A stretch of DNA of 64,000 bases from an uncultured Dehalococcoidia bacterium (GCA_964453665.1 CAYVQT010000004.1:4142-68141); one strand, 5' to 3'; counted from the stretch's first letter, positions 50,027 through 60,627 are shown. Notes: a model not told the origin generated them from the sequence alone. Program-made: numbers and translations.

Positions 50027-50602
50027 TTAAAACAGAGCGCCTGCTCCAATCACCAATCCTATTACCAGGAATACCAGCAGCATATATAGCACCCAGCCAA
50101 TTATACAGGTACCAATGGCGCGTAAAGTAGTAAAGTCCAGCGCTTGTCTTACGGCTATAATACCCGCTACCAGGAACCATATCGAAGCTGCAAAAGAGAT
50201 CAGTCCCCCTACGAAAGGTATGAAGGAAAATATCCTGAGAGTTCCGGGCGAATGAGCAAACCCAAGGGTCCGTAGTAATTGTCCGTAGGTCGCCTCCGTC
50301 TCAGGCCCTGCGAATATCGTTGTCCCTATCCAGTACGTAAACAGTGCCCATAAAAGCCATCCCACAACAGTGGTCACCAGACCTATGATAAGTCCCCATA
50401 AAAACCAGATGGCGTCGTTTACGATAATACCGCCTATGCCCGACCCGATGCCCGTGGCTAAACCCGCGATCAGCACAACTGTAAAAGCCTGACCGGTGGC
50501 TTTCTCATCTGCTTCTACTTCTTCGTACAGGTTCACATCTAACTGTGCCGCACGAACCATCTTGTTCCACAGCGAAGACGATGGTGAAACATCTATAGTC
50601 AT
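50027..50602 (-). CDS. Yip1-domain family membrane protein
   Basis: 191 aa. Cytoplasmic N-terminus (LDVNLYEEVEADEKATGQA), then 5 TM segments, typical of bacterial YIP1/DUF1282 proteins. Confidence 0.7.
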   Translation of the reverse strand: MTIDVSPSSSLWNKMVRAAQLDVNLYEEVEADEKATGQAFTVVLIAGLATGIGSGIGGIIVNDAIWFLWGLIIGLVTTVVGWLLWALFTYWIGTTIFAGPETEATYGQLLRTLGFAHSPGTLRIFSFIPFVGGLISFAASIWFLVAGIIAVRQALDFTTLRAIGTCIIGWVLYMLLVFLVIGLVIGAGALF

Positions 50603-50887
50603 CTATCCCCCTTCGTACCTGGACTATTCCAGTGCTGTTACTGTCACGCCGGTGTTTCGTCTTTTAATATTAGAAGTTAACCTATACCAAGCCAATTTAT
50701 CGTCAAAGATGATAATCACGCAGGAATGCTCTGTCAAGCCTGAATTTGGCTTACGAGCAGCCATCCCACCGTGGCAACTTTTTAATTTTCAACTCTACTT
50801 ATATACCAACCCGATCCAGGCTGTTACATCCCCATAAAAGTCCTTTTTTATCTCTATTTCGGTTATCCCACTTAATAAGTTAATAAG

Positions 50888-50917
50888 GTGGAGGGCACTC
50901 TGTAAAGTGCCCTCCAC
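50888..50917. terminator. Strong 11-bp hairpin (possible terminator for minus-strand transcription)
   Basis: GTGGAGGGCAC-8-nt loop-GTGCCCTCCAC. On the minus strand it is followed by CUUAUUAACUUAUU, and on the plus strand by UAAUUGGUCUUUU. Confidence 0.45.
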
Positions 50918-51162
50918 TAATTGGTCTTTTCAAATGTAATCTTTTTCGAGTTCGCTTCCTTTCGATGTCTATCACCGAACGGGCCTTTTACCTTAAATTC
51001 ACTGGCCTCCTTTTATACTAAACAAAGCCGAACCCGAAACTTTATCCCGCCCTGCCAAGAGGCAGGGCATCACTTGTCAACTTGCCACACTCCATACAGC
51101 CCGTGAAGCCTCATTGTGCACCTCCTCTGGTCAGACTCGGCGCCTCGTGGCTCCGTATACAG

Positions 51163-51191
51163 ATATTATCACCAACAGCTTCATTTGTCAA
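51163..51191 (-). promoter_or_regulatory. Near-consensus orphan sigma-70 promoter immediately downstream of proS
   Basis: Minus strand: TTGACA (51191-51186), 17-nt spacer, TAATAT (51168-51163), preceded by TG. No annotated gene within 500 nt downstream. Confidence 0.55.
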
Positions 51192-51218
51192 TGATCGGAC
51201 GCGAGGCATAATAGCTCA

Positions 51219-52919
51219 TCAGCGTTTTTGTAATAAATTTGTAAGCCTGCCCCCCACTTCATTCAAAGGCACTATTTCGGTTTCCTTCTCTCTTCGCAGT
51301 TTTACTTCAGCACTGTCCGACTTAAGGGCACGCTGACTCACAATTATTCTTACCGGCATTCCCAGAAGATCAGCGTCATTGAACTTGATCCCTGCCGATT
51401 CGTTGCGATCATCAAAGAGCACCTCAAACCCCTCCTTCTCAAGTTCAATGTAAAGCTTCTCCGCACTGGCAGCAACCACTTCATTCACCATATCCAGGCC
51501 ACACAGATAAACATGATATGGCGCAATAGGGACAGGCCAGATGATGCCCTTCTCATCGTGGTTCTGCTCTATAGCTGCTGCTAAAAGCCTACCTACCCCG
51601 ATTCCGTAACACCCCATAACTATAGGTTTTTGACTTCCATCCCTGTCGAGGTAAAACGCTCCCTGCTTCTCGCTGAATACGGTCCCCAGCTTAAAGATAT
51701 GACCAACCTCAATCCCCCTTGTCGACAACAACTCGCTACCGCATTTAGCACATCGATGTCCTGCTGAAGCCAGCGTGATATCCGTCATCAGATCCACCTT
51801 GAAATCTCGTGGATAATTGGCGTTCCTGAGATGAGTATCCGGTTTGTTTGCGCCAACAACAAAGTTCTGCCCCATAGTTATGGAGTCATCAGCGACTACC
51901 TTTACTCCACTCAAGCCTATCGCGGATGCTGATCCCGCTATCACCCCTGCAACCCTCACCTCATCGTCATTAGCCAGTCTCAGCTCAGAGCATTTGAGAG
52001 CATTCCTGAGCTTAATCTCGTTCACCCCCAGGTCTCCCCTGATTGTGACAAAGACCAGGTCACCGTCCACCATGTAAAAAACAGCCTTCAGCGTGCGGTC
52101 TTCAGTAACGTTAAGGAATCCAGCTACCTGCTCGATAGTCCTTGCACCTGGCGTTGCCACCTCATCAAGCGGCATTTGCGGTTCTTGCCCTGCGCTCATC
52201 TTGGCAATAACTGCCTTCTCCACATTGGCTGAATAGTCACAGCCATTGCAGTATATAATCTCATCTTCTCCCGTTTCCGCTATCACCATGAACTCATGCG
52301 AGTCCTTACCTCCTATAGCGCCGCTATCAGCTTCTACTACCACAGTATTCAGACCGCAACGCTCATAGATATTCTTATAGGCCTGCAGCATTTTCTTGTA
52401 GCTTACATCAAGGGCTTTCTCATCAATGTCAAAGCTATAGAGGTCTTTCATGGTGAACTCACGAACCCTCACCAGTCCACCCCGGGGACGCGGCTCATCG
52501 CGGAATTTGGTCTGTAGCTGGTAAAGCATCAACGGTAAGTCCCTGTAGCTTTTTACATTGCGGCGGACGAGGTCGGTAATCACCTCCTCGTGGGTAGGAC
52601 CGAGCACGAGCTTCCGCTCACGTCGGTCCTGCAATGTAAACAGCCCTTTGCCGAAAGCAAGGTCTCGTCCGCTTCCCTCCCAAATCTCGAATGGCTGCAG
52701 GACGGGCATGCTTAGCTCCTGTCCCCCGGCAGCATTCATCTCCTCGCGAATTATCCGCTCTATCTTGCGCGTCACCCGCCACGCCAGTGGAAGGTAGGAA
52801 TATACACCGGCAGCCACCTGCTGTATCATCCCTGCCTTCATCAATAGCCGGTGACTTACCGTCTCAGCCTCAGCGGGTACATCACGCAGGGTCTTGCCAA
52901 ACATCTTAGACAGGCGCAC
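51219..52919 (-). CDS. proS: Proline--tRNA ligase (bacterial type with INS editing domain)
   Basis: 566 aa, MRLSKMFGKTLRDVPAEAE start, class II motifs (FRDEPRPRGGLVRVREF, GCYGIGVGRL). GTG start. Confidence 0.96.
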   Translation of the reverse strand: MRLSKMFGKTLRDVPAEAETVSHRLLMKAGMIQQVAAGVYSYLPLAWRVTRKIERIIREEMNAAGGQELSMPVLQPFEIWEGSGRDLAFGKGLFTLQDRRERKLVLGPTHEEVITDLVRRNVKSYRDLPLMLYQLQTKFRDEPRPRGGLVRVREFTMKDLYSFDIDEKALDVSYKKMLQAYKNIYERCGLNTVVVEADSGAIGGKDSHEFMVIAETGEDEIIYCNGCDYSANVEKAVIAKMSAGQEPQMPLDEVATPGARTIEQVAGFLNVTEDRTLKAVFYMVDGDLVFVTIRGDLGVNEIKLRNALKCSELRLANDDEVRVAGVIAGSASAIGLSGVKVVADDSITMGQNFVVGANKPDTHLRNANYPRDFKVDLMTDITLASAGHRCAKCGSELLSTRGIEVGHIFKLGTVFSEKQGAFYLDRDGSQKPIVMGCYGIGVGRLLAAAIEQNHDEKGIIWPVPIAPYHVYLCGLDMVNEVVAASAEKLYIELEKEGFEVLFDDRNESAGIKFNDADLLGMPVRIIVSQRALKSDSAEVKLRREKETEIVPLNEVGGRLTNLLQKR

Positions 52920-52991
52920 TTTCTACATACCTCTCATAATTGTTTAGATGATAATTTAATGATCATATGTCGCAGCCAACAGACTGTTGTC

Positions 52992-54041
52992 TTACCAAGC
53001 TTCCACCTCCGCCATCAAATCCTCCAGAAAATCGGCCTCCTCCACCGTCCGCACCTTCTCCCCCTTCTTAAAAAGCACTCCCCTGCCCCTGCCGCAGGCG
53101 ATGCCTATATCGGCATCCCTGGCTTCACCCGGGCCGTTTACCACACATCCCATCACCGCCACCTTAATCGCTTTCTCGACGTTTTTCAGCCTTTTCTCAA
53201 CATCTTCGGCCAGTTTCACGATTTCAGTCTCAGAGCGCCCGCATGAAGGACAGCTGACCAGTATCGGGCCTCTCTCCCTGAGCTTCAGCGCCTTCAGTAT
53301 CTCGTACGCGCACTCGACTTCCTTACAGGCATCTTTACCGGTTAGAGATACCCTTATGGTATCGCCGATGCCCTCGTAAAGCAGGACTCCCAGCCCCACT
53401 GCGCTCCGGATTGCCCCCCTCCAGGGCAAACCGGCCTCCGTTATACCCAGATGCAGGGGATACGGCATCTTCGCTGCGATCGCTTCATACGCTTCAACAG
53501 TCGTCGGCACATCGAAAGCTTTCACCGACACCTTAATCAGTTCGAAGTCAAGACTTTCCAGCAAGTGAACTTCCTCAAGCGCAGCTTCTACCATGCGCTC
53601 CACCACAGAAACATCGCGGGTAGGCGCCCCGGGCAAGCTGCCGGCATTAACCCCGACACGTATCGGTACCTCCCTCTCTTTGGCCGCACTTACCACAGCA
53701 GCAATCTGTTGTCTATCGCTGATGTTGCCCGGGTTTAATCTCAGGCCATCGAGACCGGCATTCAGCGCTTCCAGTGCGAGTTGGTAGTCGAAGTGAATGT
53801 CAGCTATCAGGGGAACCGATACCGCCTTCTTTATTTCCACAAGAGCCTGTGCCGCTTCCATATCGGGTACCGCAACCCTGACAATCTCACAGCCGCATTC
53901 TTCCAATCTCTTTATCTGAGTTATCGTAGCTGGCACATCACGGGTATCCGTTTTAGTCATCGATTGAACCACTACAGGCCCAGCGCCTCCTATCTCCACC
54001 TGGCCAACCCTTATAACCCTTGATGCCCTGCGTTTGATCAT
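52992..54041 (-). CDS. ispG: 4-hydroxy-3-methylbut-2-en-1-yl diphosphate synthase
   Basis: VQSMTKTDTRD, LHLGITEAG, CPSCGR and GCVVNGPGEA cluster-ligand motifs. Confidence 0.96.
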   Translation of the reverse strand: MIKRRASRVIRVGQVEIGGAGPVVVQSMTKTDTRDVPATITQIKRLEECGCEIVRVAVPDMEAAQALVEIKKAVSVPLIADIHFDYQLALEALNAGLDGLRLNPGNISDRQQIAAVVSAAKEREVPIRVGVNAGSLPGAPTRDVSVVERMVEAALEEVHLLESLDFELIKVSVKAFDVPTTVEAYEAIAAKMPYPLHLGITEAGLPWRGAIRSAVGLGVLLYEGIGDTIRVSLTGKDACKEVECAYEILKALKLRERGPILVSCPSCGRSETEIVKLAEDVEKRLKNVEKAIKVAVMGCVVNGPGEARDADIGIACGRGRGVLFKKGEKVRTVEEADFLEDLMAEVEAW

Positions 54042-55099
54042 TCCACTAAACTCTCTCCCCTTATCACACGCAATATATCGACATAAGTTATTACTATCAT
54101 CAGGCCTATTAACATCGCAAAGCCGATCAGATGAACAAACCCCTCAGTTCTTGCCGAGACGCGTTTGCCGCGCCTTGCAACTTCCAATAGAACGAAAACA
54201 ATCCTTCCCCCATCCAGTGCCGGCAGTGGAAACATATTTATAATAGCCAAATTTAAACTGAGAAACGCGGCAAACTGAAGCAGGTATGAAGGTCCGGCTT
54301 CACTCGCTTCGCCAGTGAGCTGAAATATAGCAACGGGGCCACCAACCTGCGGTGCGGTGCCTTTCGCGAACCAGCTCCTTACCTCGTTCCTCAGCAATTC
54401 AAAAGTATCCCATAACGTTGTCGCACTCTTCGGTACAGCTTCCCAAAAAGGGTCGGACTCGCTAATCTCATAAGTATTCACCAATTTGAGCGACACACCC
54501 ATCGCCCCCTCCCCCTCCGGAGGATCCCATCTTGGCACCAGCGTTACAGTTTTCTGGCTTCCATCAACCCCTTCGATCTCCAGAGTAGTCTCCTCTCCAA
54601 GGCTAAGATGGGTATCATATATCAAATCTCCTATATTCCCCACCGATTGGCCGTTTATACTCAAGATTGTATCACCCTTCTCTATTCCCGCCTCCGCTGC
54701 CGGTGAGTTCGGAGCAACCTCCTCTATTCTGACATCCCCTAGAACAACCTGTCGCGGTATCATAAAGGCAATAGACAGAAGAACAATAGGGAGCACCGCA
54801 TTCATGAACGAGCCTGCGCCAAGGACAAACAATCTAACCAAAGGCCTTTTACTGGCAAGACTTCTCGGCTCGCTGGGGTCCTCCTCTCCAAGGAGCTTGC
54901 AAAACCCACCCAGTGGAAGAAGGTTGATCGAATATTCTGTCTCACCACGCTTGACAGCGAAAAGTCTGGGCGGGTATCCCATGGCGAACTCCTCAACCTT
55001 AACGCCTGTCAATCTGGCAGCTACGTAATGCCCCAGTTCATGGACGAAGATCAAGAGTCCCAGGATAAGGATAAACACTATTATGGTTACTATAATCAC
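54038..55099 (-). CDS. rseP: RIP zinc metalloprotease RseP (M50 with PDZ domain)
   Basis: HELGHYVAAR, PDZ segment (AAEAGIEKGDTILSING), NMFPLPALDGG. Confidence 0.94.
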   Translation of the reverse strand: MIIVTIIVFILILGLLIFVHELGHYVAARLTGVKVEEFAMGYPPRLFAVKRGETEYSINLLPLGGFCKLLGEEDPSEPRSLASKRPLVRLFVLGAGSFMNAVLPIVLLSIAFMIPRQVVLGDVRIEEVAPNSPAAEAGIEKGDTILSINGQSVGNIGDLIYDTHLSLGEETTLEIEGVDGSQKTVTLVPRWDPPEGEGAMGVSLKLVNTYEISESDPFWEAVPKSATTLWDTFELLRNEVRSWFAKGTAPQVGGPVAIFQLTGEASEAGPSYLLQFAAFLSLNLAIINMFPLPALDGGRIVFVLLEVARRGKRVSARTEGFVHLIGFAMLIGLMIVITYVDILRVIRGESLVE

Positions 55100-56223
55100 T
55101 CCGCTTCCTCAAACACCTTCCGTGCCGTTTCCCTGGCCCAGGTATCCGCGGTAAAAATGTCTTCTATAGAGGGACGTTTTATCCCCACATGGCGGTCAAG
55201 GGTTTTAGCCACCACCGCAGCTATATCTGTAAAGCTGATCTTCTTTGCCAGGAAAAGTTCCACAGCCACTTCATCTGCGGCACATAATACTGTGGGATAA
55301 GTACCTCCCTTCTCCCCGGCCTCTCTGGCCATTCCCAAACAGGGAAACCTATCCATATCTACCGGCTCAAAGTTAAACGTACCTATACTTCTAAAATCTA
55401 GCTGCTGCCGAAAAGGGCTCTCCCACCTTTCAGGGTTAGTCAGCGCATATTGGATAGGCAACCTCATATCTGGCATACTCAGCTGTGCCTTCGATGAGCC
55501 ATCAATAAACTCCACTACGGAGTGAACTATACTCTGGCGATGAATCACTACCTCGATCTTCGAATAAGGTATATCAAACAACCAGTGAGCCTCTATAACC
55601 TCCATCCCTTTGTTCATCAGTGTAGCAGAATCAATAGTTACCTTTGTCCCCATTCGCCAGGTAGGATGATTCAGTGCATCTTCAGATGTAACTGCGGCCA
55701 GCTGAGACTGTGTGCTCTGCCTAAAAGGACCGCCCGAAGCAGTCAGGATGAGCCTCGAAACAGCCCCTCTTTCTTCGCCACTCATACACTGCCAGATAGC
55801 GCTATGCTCGCTATCAACGGGGATGATTGCGGCATTATACCGTTTAGCCTCTTCTACCACGATCCGCCCGGCCATCACCAACACCTCTTTGTTAGCTAAA
55901 GCTATTTTCTTTCCGGTGCGAATTGCGGCTAGCGTAGCGCCCAGTCCTGCTTTCCCCGATGTGGCTATGACGACAAGGTCGACATCGGGATGCGCCGCTA
56001 TCTCCTCTAGAGGAAGCAATGCAGCTCCAGGAATCTCATCGACACCTGCTGTTTCAGTGCATACTAATCTTGACTTGAACTCTGCAACCTGTTCCTTCAA
56101 TAAAGAAACATTCCTGCCGCATGCCAGGGCTACCACTTCAAATCTGTCGGGGAAAGAACGCACAACCTCCAGTGTCTGCCGACCTATCGATCCTGTTGAA
56201 CCGAGGATTGCCAGCCTTTTCAT
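55096..56223 (-). CDS. dxr: 1-deoxy-D-xylulose 5-phosphate reductoisomerase
   Basis: MKRLAILGSTGSIGRQTL start chosen (ATGA overlap with the cdsA stop), plus LANKE, DSEHSAI and NKGMEVIEA motifs. Confidence 0.95.
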   Translation of the reverse strand: MKRLAILGSTGSIGRQTLEVVRSFPDRFEVVALACGRNVSLLKEQVAEFKSRLVCTETAGVDEIPGAALLPLEEIAAHPDVDLVVIATSGKAGLGATLAAIRTGKKIALANKEVLVMAGRIVVEEAKRYNAAIIPVDSEHSAIWQCMSGEERGAVSRLILTASGGPFRQSTQSQLAAVTSEDALNHPTWRMGTKVTIDSATLMNKGMEVIEAHWLFDIPYSKIEVVIHRQSIVHSVVEFIDGSSKAQLSMPDMRLPIQYALTNPERWESPFRQQLDFRSIGTFNFEPVDMDRFPCLGMAREAGEKGGTYPTVLCAADEVAVELFLAKKISFTDIAAVVAKTLDRHVGIKRPSIEDIFTADTWARETARKVFEEAE

Positions 56224-57056
56224 CCTATGAACCATCTGAGACAATAGTACACTACTACCCCAGTGAAGACAACGCTATCAAGACGATCAAGAATGCCGCC
56301 ATGCCCGGGTATGAGCTTCCCGGACTCCTTAACCCCGGTGCTTCTCTTCAACTTTGACTCCGCAAGATCGCCTATCTGTGCAAAGAGACCGACCAGCAGT
56401 CCAATCAATACCAGTTTCCCATAACCCATATTTATATCCAATGCAAATGCCAAAATAAGAACAGCCGCCATTCCCCCTATCAGACCACCAATGGCCCCCT
56501 CCCATGTCTTCCCCGGAGATATTGTCGGCGCTAATTTACGCTTTCCAATGGCGCGCCCTACAAAATATGCAGTTGTGTCAACAGCAAAAGTGGAGAAAAT
56601 GGCGAGCAGCACCCAGTCCCTGCCATCCCAGTCAGGCGAGTTCATCAACAGAACCCAGTAGCTCAACAGCCAACCCATGTAGAATATGCCAGCCAGGCTC
56701 CATGACCAATTGATAAAAACTCTTTCTCTCGGTGAGTGTAGAAATAGCGCCAGCAGCAGAGATAAAACCACTGCGGTGGTCACCAGTGCTGAGGTTACCA
56801 GTATTTGTGTAGTCTCTGAGCCGTATGAATGCGCATAATACGCATTACAGATGAAAAACAGCGTCCATAACGTGCCAAAAAAGGTCAGGGGCTGCCACCT
56901 CTCTTGAGCATATAAAGTATAGAACTCTACCACTCCCAAAAGTGCAGCAACAGCTACTATTAGAGAAAACCAGGGGTCACCAAACCATATGGTTACAAAG
57001 AGGATGGGCAGGAGGATTACCGAACTTAGTACTCTGTGCCGGAGCATTCGCCGCAA
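56220..57056 (-). CDS. cdsA: Phosphatidate cytidylyltransferase
   Basis: C-terminal signature SKLKRSTGVKESGKLIPGHGGILDRLDS. 278 aa polytopic protein. Confidence 0.94.
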   Translation of the reverse strand: MRRMLRHRVLSSVILLPILFVTIWFGDPWFSLIVAVAALLGVVEFYTLYAQERWQPLTFFGTLWTLFFICNAYYAHSYGSETTQILVTSALVTTAVVLSLLLALFLHSPRERVFINWSWSLAGIFYMGWLLSYWVLLMNSPDWDGRDWVLLAIFSTFAVDTTAYFVGRAIGKRKLAPTISPGKTWEGAIGGLIGGMAAVLILAFALDINMGYGKLVLIGLLVGLFAQIGDLAESKLKRSTGVKESGKLIPGHGGILDRLDSVVFTGVVVYYCLRWFIG

Positions 57057-57078
57057 AGAGACTGGGGACCAAGTCGTC

Positions 57079-57834
57079 TCAGTCCTCTCTCGTCTCTCCT
57101 TCTGCTTTCAATCCACCGAAACGTCTCTCTCTCCGACTGTATGCAATCAAAGCCTTTTCGACTTCTTTCTCGTTGAAATCCGGCCATAAGGTAGGCGTGG
57201 CGTAGAACTCACTATATGCTGCCTGCCAGATGAGGAAATTGCTTAGCCTCATCTCCCCGGCAGTGCGGATGATAAGGTCCGGGTCTGGCACATCCGCAGT
57301 ATAAAGATAATTGCTGAACAGCGATTCAGTTATATCCTCAGCGGGGAGCCCATTATGGATAATTCGGCGGACTGCCTCCAATATCTCAGCTCTGCCACCA
57401 TAGTCAAAAGCTATACTAAGTGTTATACCTTTATTGCTCTTGGTCAGTTCTATCGCTTCATGTACCTTATCCTGCAATTCAGGTGCCAACTCATCAACTC
57501 TTCCTAAATGAGCCAGCCTGACACCCTTTTTATGCAGAGCACTCGTCTCACGGTCGATCATTTCCGCCAATATGCGCAGCAACCCGCTAACCTCCACCCC
57601 AGGACGTCTCCAGTTTTCCGTAGAAAAAGCGAAAAGCGTCAGATATCTCACCTTATATCGGTCTAAAGAATCAACAACGCGGCGAACATTATCTGTTCCC
57701 GCACGATGCCCATAAAGACGCGGCATGCCTCGCTTCGCAGCCCACCTGCCATTCCCGTCCATAATAATCGCAACATGACCCGGTAGCGGGAATATTTTCT
57801 TCACGGGTGCTGTCGCTACCTTTGTCCCTACCAC
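57079..57834 (-). CDS. uppS: Isoprenyl transferase (undecaprenyl diphosphate synthase family)
   Basis: HVAIIMDGNGRWA, TLFAFSTENWRRP, RLSNFLIWQAAYSEF. Confidence 0.95.
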   Translation of the reverse strand: MVGTKVATAPVKKIFPLPGHVAIIMDGNGRWAAKRGMPRLYGHRAGTDNVRRVVDSLDRYKVRYLTLFAFSTENWRRPGVEVSGLLRILAEMIDRETSALHKKGVRLAHLGRVDELAPELQDKVHEAIELTKSNKGITLSIAFDYGGRAEILEAVRRIIHNGLPAEDITESLFSNYLYTADVPDPDLIIRTAGEMRLSNFLIWQAAYSEFYATPTLWPDFNEKEVEKALIAYSRRERRFGGLKAEGETRED

Positions 57835-57852
57835 AAGCCACTCCTCACCAGA

Positions 57853-58419
57853 TCAGAATTCCATTAACTCAGACTCTTTACTCTGAGCTACCTGATCGAT
57901 TTCCTCAACGTATCTATCGGTGATCTGCTGCAGTCGTCCTAAAGCTCGCTTCTGCTCATCCTCGGATATCTCTTTGCTATCTTTCAGTTCTCTGAATTTT
58001 TCAAGACCCTCTCGCCTTACGTTACGAACTGCTACTTTACCCTCTTCGACCCTCTTCCCCACCATCTTTACCAACTGGTTACGCCGCTCTTCCGTAAGCT
58101 GTGGAATAACTAACCTGATCACATTTCCATCGTTTGTCGGTGTTAGGCCAAGGTCCGATTTAAGTATAGCTTTCTCTATGCTTGACAGAACATCCCTCTC
58201 CCACGGTTGAATCACAAGCATCCTGGCCTCAGGCACCGAGACACTCGCAATTTGGTTAACTGGCACAGGGACTCCATGATAATCAACTCGTACGTTACTC
58301 ACAAGGCCGGGGCTGGCTCTGCCAGTGCGAATGGCAGCCAAATCCTCTTTCAAAACATCTATTGCCTTGCGCATCTTCCCCTCTACATTCAGCAGAATAT
58401 CCTCTGCGCCCATCATCAA
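57853..58419 (-). CDS. frr: Ribosome recycling factor
   Basis: 188 aa, IRTGRASPGLV ... LTEERRNQLVK ... VRNVRRE pattern. Confidence 0.96.
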   Translation of the reverse strand: MMMGAEDILLNVEGKMRKAIDVLKEDLAAIRTGRASPGLVSNVRVDYHGVPVPVNQIASVSVPEARMLVIQPWERDVLSSIEKAILKSDLGLTPTNDGNVIRLVIPQLTEERRNQLVKMVGKRVEEGKVAVRNVRREGLEKFRELKDSKEISEDEQKRALGRLQQITDRYVEEIDQVAQSKESELMEF

Positions 58420-58479
58420 TCTCCCGTGTGGTAATTCACCGAACCATAGATTTTATTTAGAGGACCGGCTTTCAGCCGG

Positions 58480-59214
58480 CTATTCACCGCTATGCACAAG
58501 TGTGCCTACAAGCTCTCCAGCGATAACCCTCTCAATGCTGTCCGGAGCTTGAAGATCGAACACCTTTATAGGTAAATTATTGTCCATACATAGAGAGAGA
58601 GCAGTAGAGTCCATCACCTCAAGCCTCATTCTCAGCGCATCCAAATAGCTAATCTGATCATATTTCTTCGCCCCGGCATTGGTTAAAGGATCCGAGTCAT
58701 AAACACCATCAACCTTATTCTTGGCCATAAGCAGAATATCAGCGTTGATCTCCACAGCCCGTAAAGCTGCCGCCGTATCTGTCGTCATATATGGATTTCC
58801 TGTCCCTGCGGCAAAGATAACCACCCGGCCTTTTTCAAGATGCCGTATGGCACGTCGACGTATATAGGATTCCGCAACCGCCTGTACCGCTATTGCGCTC
58901 TGGCTTCTTGTAACGATTCCATTTTTTTCCAGAGCATCCTGAAGAGCGAGTGCGTTAATTATGGTCGCCAGCATACCCGCATAGTCAGCGGTAGCCCGGT
59001 CCATACCCTTTGCCGCGGCAGCATCTCCCCTCCAAATATTGCCCCCACCGACAACCACAGCGACCTGTACCCCACTTTCCACCACGCTCTTTAACTGCTT
59101 AGCGATAGTCTCAACTGTTGAAGTATCAATGCCATATTCGCTACTGCCCATAAGGGCTTCGCCACTAAGCTTCAGAAGGACTCGCTTATAAACTGAATCA
59201 CTCATCCCGTCCAT
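58480..59214 (-). CDS. pyrH: UMP kinase
   Basis: [43 protein letters not shown]. Exact start ambiguous (ATG at 59214 or 59205). Confidence 0.95.
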   Translation of the reverse strand: MDGMSDSVYKRVLLKLSGEALMGSSEYGIDTSTVETIAKQLKSVVESGVQVAVVVGGGNIWRGDAAAAKGMDRATADYAGMLATIINALALQDALEKNGIVTRSQSAIAVQAVAESYIRRRAIRHLEKGRVVIFAAGTGNPYMTTDTAAALRAVEINADILLMAKNKVDGVYDSDPLTNAGAKKYDQISYLDALRMRLEVMDSTALSLCMDNNLPIKVFDLQAPDSIERVIAGELVGTLVHSGE

Positions 59215-59713
59215 CTAATCCCAGCTCAAATCGGATGAACCTTCTTACCTTTACATTCTCCCTGAACTTGGCCACTGTTTCAGCAATAATATCCTGCACA
59301 TTTTTATTCGGGTCCTTTATGAAAGGCTGGAGCAGAAGGCACTCTTCATCATCGAATTCCTGCCCTTCGGGTACGTTCTCAGGACTGAGGTAGCAGGGGC
59401 AGGTAGCCACTACCTGCATTGCCAGATTGTGTGCCAGATCCTTGAACTCCGGAGTACGTGCCACGAAATCGCTTTCACAGTTGACTTCCACCAGGGCTCC
59501 AATCCTCCCCCCGGTATGCACATAGGACTCCACCAGCCCCTGCTCAGTAGCACGATTCTCCTTCTTCCTAGCGATGGCATATCCACGCTCTATCAGCTTT
59601 GCCTCAGCAGCTTCAATATCGCCGCTTGTTTCTTGCAAGGCCCTTTTGCACTCCATTATCCCAGCACTGGTCTTTTCTTTCAGTGCCTTTATAGCTTCAG
59701 TAGTAACCTGCAT
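59198..59713 (-). CDS. tsf: Translation elongation factor Ts (short form)
   Basis: [22 protein letters not shown]-like N-terminus and ESDFVA core. 171 aa. Confidence 0.92.
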   Translation of the reverse strand: MQVTTEAIKALKEKTSAGIMECKRALQETSGDIEAAEAKLIERGYAIARKKENRATEQGLVESYVHTGGRIGALVEVNCESDFVARTPEFKDLAHNLAMQVVATCPCYLSPENVPEGQEFDDEECLLLQPFIKDPNKNVQDIIAETVAKFRENVKVRRFIRFELGLDGRDE

Positions 59714-59722
59714 TTAGCCTCC

Positions 59723-60529
59723 CTAATTTTCATGCTCAACAGAAGTCTGTTGAACCTCGTCAGGTTCGAAAACGGCCTCATAGTGAGCTGGCAACTCCAT
59801 CTCTTCCTCTTCTTCCACCTCTTCCTTCTCGGCCAGAGCCTCAATAGCTTGCCTGCTTTCCAAAATAGCGTCAGCGATAACACTACAGAAAAGAGCTACA
59901 GCCCTGATCGCATCGTCATTTCCCGGAATGGGATAGTCAATTTCATCAGGGTCACAATTCGTATCTACAATAGCAACAATGGGAACGCCGACTCGCTTGG
60001 CCTCAGCAATAGCATTCCTTTCCTTGGTAGGATCGACTATAAATAATGCTCCTGGAATCCTCTCCATCTCCTTAACACCACCAAGCAACCTGTTTAGATG
60101 CGCTATCTCCTTTTCCAACTTCATTGCTTCCTTCTTGGGCAATCGTTCCAATTCTCCCCTGACTTTACGATCCTCCAAACGAACTAAGTAATCAATACGT
60201 GACTGAATAGTCGTGAAATTCGTTAGCATTCCCCCAAGCCATCGTTGATTTACGTAAAAGACCCCGCACCGCTTTGCCTCTTTTTCTAAAGCTTCTTGCG
60301 CTTGCTTCTTGCTACCAACGAAAATAATATCTTCGCCCCTCTCGATCACTTCTTTCAGGAATTCACAAGCTTTGCCAAGTAAGACAACAGTTTGCTCTAA
60401 ATCAATTATGTGAATGCCATTACGCTGGCTAAATATATAAGGCTTCATCTTGGGATTCCAGCGTGCTACTTGATGCCCGAAGTGAACCCCAGCCTCTAAA
60501 AGCAATTTCATCGAAACAGGTTCTGCCAT
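59723..60529 (-). CDS. rpsB: 30S ribosomal protein S2 with an acidic C-terminal extension
   Basis: [19 protein letters not shown] start, [12 protein letters not shown], then [12 protein letters not shown]. Confidence 0.97.
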   Translation of the reverse strand: MAEPVSMKLLLEAGVHFGHQVARWNPKMKPYIFSQRNGIHIIDLEQTVVLLGKACEFLKEVIERGEDIIFVGSKKQAQEALEKEAKRCGVFYVNQRWLGGMLTNFTTIQSRIDYLVRLEDRKVRGELERLPKKEAMKLEKEIAHLNRLLGGVKEMERIPGALFIVDPTKERNAIAEAKRVGVPIVAIVDTNCDPDEIDYPIPGNDDAIRAVALFCSVIADAILESRQAIEALAEKEEVEEEEEMELPAHYEAVFEPDEVQQTSVEHEN

Positions 60530-60627
60530 CTTCTAAAGACCCTAACCCTCTCCAGTCTACCCAGCCTGCCTCAGTATTATGCAGACCAGCAATAATTTAC
60601 CAATTACCAAAATTGGCCGACTGGATG

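Noticed and set aside
50885-51156. The orphan transcript could be SRP RNA, 6S RNA, tmRNA or RNase P RNA.
   Set aside because: - A GAAA tetraloop followed by GGAAGCGA faintly resembles SRP helix 8 (GGAA GGAAGCAG). It sits about 215 nt into a 270-nt unit rather than at the apex, and the 5' strand does not pair properly.
- There is no tmRNA tag frame or tRNA-like 3' end.
- There is no RNase P GAGGAAAGUCC box.
- 6S RNA cannot be judged by eye.
50496-51336. Track ORFs 50496-50837, 50921-51106 and 51082-51336 (plus strand) in and around the orphan intergenic region, and 25762-26007.
   Set aside because: They have no RBS and low-complexity or Cys/Ser/Pro-rich products, and they partly overlap real minus-strand genes. 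Treated as noise.
58430-58480. GCCGGC palindrome between pyrH and frr as a terminator.
   Set aside because: The stem is only about 6 bp with a G-U pair, and no U-run follows. The two genes are normally co-transcribed.
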